From: Candidatus Schekmanbacteria bacterium
GTDB lineage: Bacteria; CSSED10-310; JACPHN01
Assembly: GCA_016188575.1 (NCBI GenBank)
Contig: JACPHN010000228.1
Span: 35,961-99,960, forward strand
Direction of reading: 5' to 3'
DNA: 64,000 nt
Numbering within the stretch: the first letter of the stretch is position 1; each line of letters starts with the position of its first letter. Made by a program: the position numbers and the translations under genes. A model generated the notes under the pieces. That model had not been told where the DNA came from. It did no database searches and saw only the letters and a program-made list of their open reading frames with translations. Shown here in pieces: positions 1 to 8,524 of this stretch.

Positions 1-15
1 GACGGCGAGCGGCCG

Positions 16-1194
16 TCATTGCGCGATCGACTCGTACAGCCTCTCGAGCTCGGCAACGGATCGCTCCCAACTGTACCGCTCCTCGACCAGTAGCCGGGCC
101 GCCAGCGCCATGCGCTCCGCCGCGGATGGGTCCAGCAAGAGACGGCTGACCTGCTCCGCAAAATCCTCGGCGCTGTCGGCAACCAACAGATGCCGGCCAT
201 GCTCCGCGGCGACGCCGCTGCTCGCGACGCTCGTGGCCACGATGGGGGTTCCCGCGGCCATCGCCTCGAGCACCTTGAAAAGCTGCCCGGATCCGGCGCG
301 GATGGGAGCGACCGACACGGCGCAACGAGCCAGGAAGGGGCGAACATCCGGCACGAACGGGTGGAGCCGGATGCCGGGGTCCTGCCGTGGTAGACGGCGA
401 ACGGGCGCCGCCGGACGGGCTCCGACGATGGTGAGCTTGGTTTGTGGCACGCGCCGCCGGATCAGCGGCAGTACATTGCGGGCGAACCACACGATGCCGT
501 CGACGTTCGGAAAATAGCCGAGGTTACCGACGAATAGAAGCTCACGCCGGTCGCGGCCCGCCGTGCGGCCCGCAAACGCCTCCACGTCGACGCCGTTGGC
601 GTTGACCGTCAGGCCGGGTAGCTGCGCGCCGATCGCCTTGCGATCGACGTCGGAGACGACCGTAGCGCAATCCCACGTCTGGCATAGTCCGGCCTCGTAG
701 CTGCCGATCTGCCGGGCCTCGAGGCCGGCGATGAACCCCATGATGTGCGGATCGCAAGAGCTGCGGCGCAGCATGTTCAGGGCCATCGAGTCGATCAAAT
801 CGATGAGGCGCGGCACACCTGGTTGCCTGTCGAGGTACGGCGCCATGCGCGCCATCTGTGTATGCGTCACGTCCCATGTCCCTCCGTGCAACGCCTCGTC
901 CACCGCCGTCGTCATCCGCGGCAGGAGATGCACCGAGACCTGCCAGGGCAGACCGTATAGAGAGCCGCGAAATAGACCGGTGACCATGTCGGCGCGGCGC
1001 ACCGGAATCGCGACGATTCGGTTGCAATAGCGCGCTACTTCGCTCGCGCCATGCAGGGGTTGGCCCGACCCGGAAAGGCACAGGAGGGTGATACGATGCT
1101 TCCGCGACAGCAGGCGGAGCTGATGGTAGGCGCGCAGGCGATGCCCGGAGTAGAGCGGGTTGGGGAAGCGCGGAGCGATAAAGAGGATCTTCAT
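16..1194 (-). CDS. Glycosyltransferase family 4 (Glycos_transf_1-type), ~392 aa
   Basis: Motif-level GT4 features are present, including the C-terminal EAMAAGTPIVAT...E region. I placed the start at MKILFIAPRF (ATG read at 1192-1194) rather than at the upstream extension of the 562-aa ORF. The gene is divergent from the giant surface-protein gene. Confidence 0.8.
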   Translation of the reverse strand: MKILFIAPRFPNPLYSGHRLRAYHQLRLLSRKHRITLLCLSGSGQPLHGASEVARYCNRIVAIPVRRADMVTGLFRGSLYGLPWQVSVHLLPRMTTAVDEALHGGTWDVTHTQMARMAPYLDRQPGVPRLIDLIDSMALNMLRRSSCDPHIMGFIAGLEARQIGSYEAGLCQTWDCATVVSDVDRKAIGAQLPGLTVNANGVDVEAFAGRTAGRDRRELLFVGNLGYFPNVDGIVWFARNVLPLIRRRVPQTKLTIVGARPAAPVRRLPRQDPGIRLHPFVPDVRPFLARCAVSVAPIRAGSGQLFKVLEAMAAGTPIVATSVASSGVAAEHGRHLLVADSAEDFAEQVSRLLLDPSAAERMALAARLLVEERYSWERSVAELERLYESIAQ

Positions 1195-1447
1195 GTTGGC
1201 TGTGGAGCTTGAGGCGCTCCCACTATACCGCATTGTGCGGCGATTCACCACCGCGCGGCGGACCGTAAAGAGACTCCCTCGAGCAGGCACGCGCGAAACC
1301 GGTGCCGGCGAATGCCGATAATTAGACTTGGAGGCTGGCCTACGCGACATGGAGGCTCCGAAGGCGGCACGCCGTCGCCTCCGAACGAATGGGTGGGCCG
1401 GCCAGATGGGCCTGATTGGGGGCGGGATGTCGAAAGGAGAAGCCGTC

Positions 1448-4400
1448 ATGACCGGTCGCGCTCGAGCTCGATTGGCAGTGTGTCTTGTAACCGTCGTCGC
1501 GCTGTTCCCGAGGCCGTCAGAGCTCGAAGCTGCGATCTCGTTCGTCGAGGCGATCGCGACACCGCTCACGTTTCCCGACGGCAATGGCGCGACGGGCGTC
1601 GCTACCGCCGATCTCAACGGCGACGGTCTCGCCGACTTGGCGGCGACGGTCAATCTCCGGGGACATGGCTTCGTGGCGGTTTTGCTTGGCGGCGGGGACG
1701 GCACGTTTCGCGGCCCGATGACGTTCGCGGTGCCGCGGCAGGAAAGCGGTGCCGCAGCCTTTGGTTACGGTATCCTGGCGCGAGACTTCGACGGCGATGG
1801 CAAGGCCGATATTCTGGTGGCCTGCTCGGAGCGGCGCGAGCTGCTCTTTTACCGCGGGGATGGCGATGGGACTCTGGCCGATCCGGTCGCGACAGCGGCC
1901 ACCTGCCGCCCGGAGCAAATCCAGGCGACGGACCTCGATGGCGACGGCAAGCTAGACGCTGTCGCCGCGTGCGCGCAAGACGACGGTGTATCGGTTTTCC
2001 TGGGCGCCGGCAGCGGCACGTTCCGGTCCCCTGCAGACTACGCCGTGGGTGACAACCCCCAAGATCTGGCACTCGCCAATGTCGACGGCGCAGGTGGGAT
2101 CGACATCGTTCTTGGAAGCTACGGCGCACAAGCAGTGGAGGTGCTCGTTGGCGACGGCAGCGGGGGCTTCGGGGCACCGATCCGCTCCGGCGCCCGCATG
2201 CAGGTCCTCGGGCTGTACGTCGCCGACTTCACCGGGAACGGCGATCTCGACGCTGTGGTGGCAGGCGAGGGGAGCCGGATGGCGTTACTGCCCGGAAGCG
2301 GGGACGGGACCTTCACGACGCCCGCTGACGGCGACCTGGTGCCGATCGAGTCCTCGCCGCGCCGGCGCTTCAGCGAGAATGCAGCGCCGGACCTCGATGG
2401 GAACGGTGTCCCCGACGTCGTTTTTGGCCACAGCGCCAACTTCCTGACGATCGGCCTGGGAGCGAGCGGCGGAGGCATGACGCGGTCGACCTGGATTCCG
2501 TCTCCTGGCTCGGGCCTTGCCGGCGCGGCATATCGCGACGGCACGTCCACGGAGTCGCTCGTCTTCTCGGATTTCAACGGCGATGGTGCCACCGATGTGG
2601 CGGTGGCGTCGCCGTCGACAAATAGCCGGCGCGGCGGCCTGGCGGTGGTGTTGGGGCTGCCAGCGGCCAAAGGGACGTTTCGGGCGCCGCGCAGCTTCGC
2701 GACGAGTCGCGCCTGGAGCACCAACAACCGCGGCGCCGCACTTGCCGACGCCGATAGCGACGGTCAGCTCGATCTGCTCGCCATCACCGACCCTCTCGAT
2801 TTCCTGCGAAGCAATGGTGACGGCACGCTGGCGGCCGCCACCGAGGCGATCCCCCGCATTTCTGGCGCCGGCGAGCTCTACAATTCGCTGCGGGTCACGG
2901 ACTTTGACGACGACGGCAAGCTCGATGCCGTCTGGCTCGGCGCCGGTGGCGTGCAGGGCGGGCCCGCGCCGCGCGACCTCGTCGCCTACGGCAACGCGGA
3001 CGGCACCTTCGGCAACGTCCAGGCCTACGTTCCATCCAGCCCCGACGACGCTGGTGCCAACGTTGTCGCCATTCCAATCGACGGCGCCGATGCTGCCCCG
3101 GACCTCGCGATCTGGACCCGGAATGGGATCGAGACCTGGCTTTACGGAACGGCAGGTGACCGATCGTTCGGGCTCAGTGGCAGCCCGCTTCCTCTGGGGC
3201 AATTCCCACCCTATCCAGCCTCCGGCTTCACCGCCGCCGACTTTGACGGTGACGGTCGGCCCGACATTGTCGCCCGTTCCTGGGGTGAACCGGACGGGCT
3301 CGTCTTTTGGAAGGGCAAGGGCGATGGCGGCTACGAGACCGGCCAGCTTGTCACGCCTGGCTCAGCCGTTCCGGAGCTTCAGGACCTCGTTGCCGTGGAC
3401 ATCGACGCGGACGGCGCGCTCGACCTCGCGGGGAGTGCGGGCGACGGCCTGTACGTGTTGCTCGGCGCGGGCGATGGCACCTTCGCCGCCCCCCAGACCC
3501 TTACGAGCGGTGTGGCGTCGTCCGGGTTGGTTGCGGCGGACTTCGACTTGGATGGCAAGGCGGATATCGCGGTTGCGCACGCTGCCACCACGGCATCCAA
3601 TGGCTTTTCAGTGCTGGCAGGCAACGGCGATGGCACGTTCGACCCGTGGCGTGGTTACGCGGTTGGCAGCAACAGCGCGCCGTGGGCGGGTGCCGGAGAC
3701 CTCGACGGAAACGAAAAACCCGACGTCGTGGTCGGGCACACGGGTACGAGCTACGATCACTTTACTGTCCTCCTCAACGACTCGGCCCCGCGTGCGGACC
3801 TAGCCGCCGCCGTCGCCGCCAGTCCCGATCCCGTCCAGCTCGGCCAGCGCGTGACCTATACGATCACGATCGGCAACGCCGGTCCCGACGCGGCGACGGC
3901 AGTGGTCCTGACGGACTCCTGGAGTCTCGACGCGCCCTACTGGGCAGCCACCCCGTCGCAGGGCTCATGCACGCCCCCCGCGCGCGGTGCCGGACGGGAA
4001 TGGGGAGGCGGGCCCCTCACCTGCGCTCTCGGCGACCTCGCCGCTGGCGCCCAGGCAAGTGTCATCGTCGAGCTGACCAGCGCGAGGATCCTGGGGACCA
4101 TCTGGAACACGGCTGCCGTGAAGAGCGCGGTGGGTGACCCGAACCTCGCGGACAACGGTGCCGCCGCCAGCGCCACGGCGCAGACCTACGGCGTTCGCAT
4201 TTTCGGCCCGACCATCACCATGGTCGGCGACAACCCCACCTACGTGCTCCGCTACTCGAATTTGTTGGGACAGACGATCGCGTCGGCCGTGCTCGTGTTT
4301 CGCTTGCCGCCGACGCTCGAATACGACACCAGCTCGAGTGGCGGCACCTACCACCGAGCCCGCCACGAGGTTTTCTGGAATCTCGGCGATCTGGCCGCCC

Positions 4401-7225
4401 TCGACAGCGGCGAGGTAGCCGTTCGCGGGAAGGTTCCCTGGGGAATCCCGCCACACACCAAGCAAAGTCTAGGGGCGGCACTGGGCTGGTCGGGCAGCCC
4501 CGCCGGCTCACCTCTCGATGTCGCCCCCTACCTGACGTATGAGGCCCGTACGGAGGTCGCCCGCGCCACGCTTACCAGCGCCGAGGTCGATGCTCTGCTC
4601 GCCGCCGATTCCCGCGCCCAGGCGCTCTTCGCTCACGCTCAGACCCAGGGCTACGAATACTACGATATCGCGACCAGGACGACGGCAAACGACGGCTCGG
4701 AGGTCACCCACCTCTGGCTATTCGACCCCGCCACCCGGATGCCGGCCGCGGTTACCGTGCGGACGGGCCCTGGCCTCACCGGCGCGTCGAGCATCCTCGA
4801 GACATTCGGGACCTCCACCTTCGCCCTGGCCGACACGGGCGGAGCCATGGCGCTCGACATGAACCGCAACAGCTTCCTCGGCCCAACAGGCACATGGGCG
4901 ATGGCGAACAGCCCAAGCTACGGGCAGTGCCTCGGCACCTGTATCGGCAAGCAAGTGCCAATCTGGGTAATCGGCCGCGTGTTCAAGGCCGTGGGCGCGG
5001 CGATGAATAGTTGGACCTGCGCCAAATGCGCTACCGGTGACAAGGGGTCGTGCGCCGGGTGCTTGACGCTCCTCTCCGAGAATGTTCCGTTCCTCGGGGA
5101 AGGAGTCGATATTTCCATGTGCGTGAACGACTGCCTCGAGTGCGTGACGGGAAACCCGGACAAGTGCCACCTCTGCGACAAAGATAAGCGTGGCTGTCGT
5201 CCGGCCAACCTGGTTGAGAAGTACATCATGGGCCAGGACGTGGTCATGTACGGCTACGACTGCATCAACGGCGTCTACGCCTATGGGGAAGAAGTCCAGT
5301 TCTGTCCGCTGTGCACGCACGGCCAGACGTGCAAGGCGGAGGAGTGCAGCGACGTGGCGAGCTGCTGCGACTGCCAGAAAGAGAACTGCGCGCGGCCGCG
5401 GGAGGCGCGGCCTTGTGGCCGTAACGCGGCGGCCCGAGCGCCGGCAGAGCAGTGCGATATCAACCAGGACGAGGTAGACGGCGAGGTCCAGACCGCCCAC
5501 GACCCGAACGCGAAGTCTGGGCCGTCCGGTGACGTGGTGCGCGGGCAGACGCTCAGTTATGTCATCGATTATGAGAACACCGGCTCGGGAACGGCGCAGG
5601 GCGTGTTCGTCAGCGACCAGCTCAGCGCCTATCTCGACGAGAGCTCGCTTGTCATCGAGGGCGGAGGCAGCTACGTGCCGGGGACGCGAAATATCTTCTG
5701 GAACGTCGGCGATCTCGCTCCCGGTGCTGCCGGGCAAGTGCGCTACTCGGTCCAGGTGCGCGACGATGCGGCCATCGGCGGCGTGATCGTCAATGTCGGA
5801 CGGGTGTTCTTCCCAAGCGTTCCCGAGGAGACGACCACGAACGCAGTGGTGTCGACAGTGCGGACGGTCGTGGCGGAACCGCAGCAGGTGCAGGTGGTCG
5901 AAAATACCGCTGTACCGATTACCCTCAGCGGCCGCGATCCGGCCGGCCGGGTGCTGACCTACGCGATCGTCAAGCAGCCAAGCAGCGGCAGCCTGACCGG
6001 CACACCTCCAGACGTGATCTACACGCCGGGAATCGACTACGATGGGCCGGATAGCTTCAGCTTCACTGCCGGCAACGGGCTGACGACAAGTGAGGCCGCG
6101 GCCGTCGCGATCGTTGTGACCCCGTCTTTCTCGGATCAGACGCCGCCGCACGTCGTGCGCGTCGAGCCTGCCGACGGGAGCCAGGGCGTCGCGATCACCG
6201 CCGACGCCCGCGCTGAGGTCGCACGCGTCTGCTTCGACGAGCCGCTTGACCCGCTGACCGTCACGGTCGCCAACGTCCGCCTGAGCTCCAGGGGCGAAAG
6301 CGTCGTCGTGGAGCTCGTTCACGATCAGGTGCAGAGCTGTATCGGATTGGTGCCGGCGGTGGCGCTCGCGAATGACACGACGTACGTTGCGGCTGCCGGA
6401 AAGGACCTGAAGGACACCTCCGGCAACGCCATTGAAAGCGACCGCACCTGGAGCTTCCAAACGGCTGGGCAGGGCAGCGCGAACCCGGAACCGGCGACCG
6501 TTGACTTTTGCCTGGCGGCAGTGGGGACTACTTCGGCGGCGCAGAGCGTAACCATTTCGAACGTCGGCGCCACCGACCTGGCGTTTTCGAGCGCGGCGCT
6601 GGACGGAACGGGGGCCGGGGACTTCGCAATCGTATCCGACGGCTGCAGCTCAGGGCGACTGGTGCCCGGCGGAAACTGCGCCGTCGACATTCAGTTTGCG
6701 CCGCTGTCAGCGGGCGCAAAGTCCGCGACGCTGGAGCTTCTGGCGCCGGATGCTACTGTCCACGCGGCGCTCACCGGCGTCGCAGGCCAGACCGCGTTGC
6801 GCCTTGTTGCCGACTCATACACGGTCAGCGAGGCCGGCGGGAACGTCACGCTGGAGGTCCAGCGCCTGGGAAGCACGAGCGCCGAGCTTTCGGCAAGCTA
6901 CGCAACCGCCGATGAGAGTGCCGTGGCGGGTCAGGACTACGTCGCTGCCGCTGGCACGGTGACGGTGCCGGCCGGTCAGTCGACCGGAACGATGACCGTG
7001 ACACTGCTCGACGACGCTGCCCGCGAGGCGGAAGAAGTCTTCCGTGTGGCTCTTTCCGGTGCCGAGGTTTGCGGCGGGACGGCGACCGCGGCGCGTGTCG
7101 TGATCACGGACGACCTGCCCTTGGTCCGGGTAGGAACCCTCGCCGGGTTGCTAGTCGGCCTCGGCGCCGCGGCACTCGTAGCCGCGGCCGCGCGCCGGCG
7201 GCGGTCCCAACACCGCACGCTCTGA
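1448..7225 (+). CDS. Giant secreted surface/adhesin-like protein (~1,926 aa): signal peptide, FG-GAP/VCBS repeats, two DUF11-like conserved-repeat domains, a Cys-rich insert, Ig-like region, Calx-beta domain and a C-terminal hydrophobic helix plus RRRR tail
   Basis: ATG at 1448 is preceded by an AAGGAG ribosome-binding site, and [20 protein letters not shown] is signal-peptide-like. The N-terminal half has many DxDGDG FG-GAP motifs ([32 protein letters not shown] and others). The Calx-beta-like segment is [20 protein letters not shown]...[31 protein letters not shown]. The last 35 aa are [34 protein letters not shown]. The upstream TTG at 1328 given by the ORF track is rejected as an over-extension. 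Confidence 0.8.
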   Translation: MTGRARARLAVCLVTVVALFPRPSELEAAISFVEAIATPLTFPDGNGATGVATADLNGDGLADLAATVNLRGHGFVAVLLGGGDGTFRGPMTFAVPRQESGAAAFGYGILARDFDGDGKADILVACSERRELLFYRGDGDGTLADPVATAATCRPEQIQATDLDGDGKLDAVAACAQDDGVSVFLGAGSGTFRSPADYAVGDNPQDLALANVDGAGGIDIVLGSYGAQAVEVLVGDGSGGFGAPIRSGARMQVLGLYVADFTGNGDLDAVVAGEGSRMALLPGSGDGTFTTPADGDLVPIESSPRRRFSENAAPDLDGNGVPDVVFGHSANFLTIGLGASGGGMTRSTWIPSPGSGLAGAAYRDGTSTESLVFSDFNGDGATDVAVASPSTNSRRGGLAVVLGLPAAKGTFRAPRSFATSRAWSTNNRGAALADADSDGQLDLLAITDPLDFLRSNGDGTLAAATEAIPRISGAGELYNSLRVTDFDDDGKLDAVWLGAGGVQGGPAPRDLVAYGNADGTFGNVQAYVPSSPDDAGANVVAIPIDGADAAPDLAIWTRNGIETWLYGTAGDRSFGLSGSPLPLGQFPPYPASGFTAADFDGDGRPDIVARSWGEPDGLVFWKGKGDGGYETGQLVTPGSAVPELQDLVAVDIDADGALDLAGSAGDGLYVLLGAGDGTFAAPQTLTSGVASSGLVAADFDLDGKADIAVAHAATTASNGFSVLAGNGDGTFDPWRGYAVGSNSAPWAGAGDLDGNEKPDVVVGHTGTSYDHFTVLLNDSAPRADLAAAVAASPDPVQLGQRVTYTITIGNAGPDAATAVVLTDSWSLDAPYWAATPSQGSCTPPARGAGREWGGGPLTCALGDLAAGAQASVIVELTSARILGTIWNTAAVKSAVGDPNLADNGAAASATAQTYGVRIFGPTITMVGDNPTYVLRYSNLLGQTIASAVLVFRLPPTLEYDTSSSGGTYHRARHEVFWNLGDLAALDSGEVAVRGKVPWGIPPHTKQSLGAALGWSGSPAGSPLDVAPYLTYEARTEVARATLTSAEVDALLAADSRAQALFAHAQTQGYEYYDIATRTTANDGSEVTHLWLFDPATRMPAAVTVRTGPGLTGASSILETFGTSTFALADTGGAMALDMNRNSFLGPTGTWAMANSPSYGQCLGTCIGKQVPIWVIGRVFKAVGAAMNSWTCAKCATGDKGSCAGCLTLLSENVPFLGEGVDISMCVNDCLECVTGNPDKCHLCDKDKRGCRPANLVEKYIMGQDVVMYGYDCINGVYAYGEEVQFCPLCTHGQTCKAEECSDVASCCDCQKENCARPREARPCGRNAAARAPAEQCDINQDEVDGEVQTAHDPNAKSGPSGDVVRGQTLSYVIDYENTGSGTAQGVFVSDQLSAYLDESSLVIEGGGSYVPGTRNIFWNVGDLAPGAAGQVRYSVQVRDDAAIGGVIVNVGRVFFPSVPEETTTNAVVSTVRTVVAEPQQVQVVENTAVPITLSGRDPAGRVLTYAIVKQPSSGSLTGTPPDVIYTPGIDYDGPDSFSFTAGNGLTTSEAAAVAIVVTPSFSDQTPPHVVRVEPADGSQGVAITADARAEVARVCFDEPLDPLTVTVANVRLSSRGESVVVELVHDQVQSCIGLVPAVALANDTTYVAAAGKDLKDTSGNAIESDRTWSFQTAGQGSANPEPATVDFCLAAVGTTSAAQSVTISNVGATDLAFSSAALDGTGAGDFAIVSDGCSSGRLVPGGNCAVDIQFAPLSAGAKSATLELLAPDATVHAALTGVAGQTALRLVADSYTVSEAGGNVTLEVQRLGSTSAELSASYATADESAVAGQDYVAAAGTVTVPAGQSTGTMTVTLLDDAAREAEEVFRVALSGAEVCGGTATAARVVITDDLPLVRVGTLAGLLVGLGAAALVAAAARRRRSQHRTL

Positions 7226-7310
7226 AGTCTTGCGGCGTCGGCTGAATGTCGGGTGATGCGCATTGCGCTCGCCATGGCGTGAAGCACATTTGGCCGACGC
7301 CAGCTCTACG

Positions 7311-7347
7311 GGGGCGGACCCCGATTTCGCCCGTCCGCCCCTTTTCC
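7311..7347 (+). terminator. Putative intrinsic terminator: stem GGGGCGGAC, loop cccgatttcgccc, stem GTCCGCCCC, then TTTTCC
   Basis: A 9-bp perfect inverted repeat followed by a T-run lies about 85 nt downstream of the giant gene stop, in the convergent gap before the SnoaL-like gene. Confidence 0.5.
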
Positions 7348-7361
7348 GCTCGGCCAGACGC

Positions 7362-7754
7362 TTACCCGGCCATGAGCGAGCTCAGAACGGCGCGATCGAA
7401 ATACACCTCGTTGCGCTGAATGCGGCCATCCCTGACCCGCACGAAATCCATGCCGTCAGCCTCGGCTGTAGTGCTTCCCCCTGGTTTCCGAAACGTCGCG
7501 TGCCACAACACGGCGCAGCCTTCTCCCCCCTCGAACAAGTGTGCCTCGCGCAACGACCAGTGCATTGTCCAGCCTGCGAAAAGCTTGGTCAGGTATTTTC
7601 GCAGGGCGTCCGCACCCCGCACCGCTCCACGCGTGTTCGGGTCGACATACTCCACGTCGCTCGTATAGATTGACAGCACGCGCTCCACTTCCTGGCTGTT
7701 CCAGGCCGCCATGAACTGCTCCGCCAACCGCAACATTTCGTCCCGTTCCATCAT
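7362..7754 (-). CDS. SnoaL-like / NTF2-fold (ketosteroid-isomerase-like) small protein, ~130 aa
   Basis: Size and pattern are typical of SnoaL_2/NTF2-like proteins (LAEQFMAAWNSQ...VEYVDP...GAD). ATG at 7754 has an AAGGAG ribosome-binding site 5 nt upstream. It lies 10 nt downstream of the TetR gene stop, so the two are probably co-transcribed. Confidence 0.65.
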   Translation of the reverse strand: MMERDEMLRLAEQFMAAWNSQEVERVLSIYTSDVEYVDPNTRGAVRGADALRKYLTKLFAGWTMHWSLREAHLFEGGEGCAVLWHATFRKPGGSTTAEADGMDFVRVRDGRIQRNEVYFDRAVLSSLMAG

Positions 7755-7764
7755 TGCTCTCCTT

Positions 7765-8376
7765 TCATGAACCAAAATGCCGCTGCCATATTCTGCGCAG
7801 TGCGAATGCGCACGTTTCGAGGAGCATCGCTTCCAGCTCCGGCTCCGGCGTCATGCCGGCCTCGACGTCTCGCCTCAGCGCCGCCGTAGGGAGATCGATC
7901 AGGGCGAGCTGAATGCCCCGTACCGCAGCGCCATGCGATGCCCCCGCGAGCCGCACCGCGAACCCGTTGATCGCCTGCGCTGCGGCTTCCGTGAGCGCCG
8001 CCGCGCGCTCTCGGTAGCTCGCCGGCCAGCCGTCCGCGGCAAAATCCTCGCGGCTGTGAAGCAGCAGCAGGCGAGCTTCCCTGGGATGACCCCGGACCCA
8101 TTGACACGTGAATCGGACCGCACCCAGACCCGCCGCCACCGGGTCCTCCGCCGAGAGCTCCTGGAGAAACTGGGCTTGAAACTCCTCCACGAGGCAGAGC
8201 CACACTGCCGCCAGGATCTCGTTGCGCGAAGCATAACGGTGGTAAATGGAACCTGTCGATGCCCCTGCGCTCGCGGCGAGGGCGGCGATGGTCAGATTTT
8301 GGGGCCCGACCTCGGACGAGATCCGGGTCGCGCTCTGCAGAAGCGCTGCCTTGTCAATAAGTGCGTTGCGTCCCAT
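7765..8376 (-). CDS. TetR/AcrR family transcriptional regulator, 203 aa
   Basis: An N-terminal HTH is present (LTIAALAASAGASTGSIYHRYASRNEILAAVW) and the length is typical of TetR. I placed the start at MGRNALIDKA (cat read at 8374-8376); the 453-aa ORF-track extension is rejected. Confidence 0.85.
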   Translation of the reverse strand: MGRNALIDKAALLQSATRISSEVGPQNLTIAALAASAGASTGSIYHRYASRNEILAAVWLCLVEEFQAQFLQELSAEDPVAAGLGAVRFTCQWVRGHPREARLLLLHSREDFAADGWPASYRERAAALTEAAAQAINGFAVRLAGASHGAAVRGIQLALIDLPTAALRRDVEAGMTPEPELEAMLLETCAFALRRIWQRHFGS

Positions 8377-8393
8377 GGCGTCAATTAATTTAG

Positions 8394-8407
8394 CCGTTCT
8401 AGAATGG
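8394..8407. promoter_or_regulatory. Near-perfect 14-bp palindrome CCGTTCTAGAATGG (plus adjacent AATTAATT) in the divergent TetR / fusion-gene intergenic region; candidate TetR operator
   Basis: I read this directly in the 148-bp divergent intergenic region 8377-8524. It is AT-rich relative to the flanking sequence. Confidence 0.35.
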
Positions 8408-8524
8408 TCCGTCAAGATCGCCAGGCGCGGCGATTGCGCCCGCCGCGCCGGGCGATCGGATTGCCGGCCGCGGTCCTGGCGCGCGCTGACTCCAGCGCGC
8501 GATTCCTGGCTTTGGAGGTGCTGA

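Noticed and set aside
1328-1447. TTG-initiated 5' extension of the giant ORF as given in the ORF track
   Set aside because: An ATG at 1448 with an AAGGAG ribosome-binding site and an immediately following signal peptide is a much better start. The extension has no features.
4718-6460. 580-aa antisense ORF inside the giant surface-protein gene
   Set aside because: It has a Gly/Arg/Ala-rich low-complexity translation typical of antisense frames in high-GC DNA. The sense frame encodes coherent domains.
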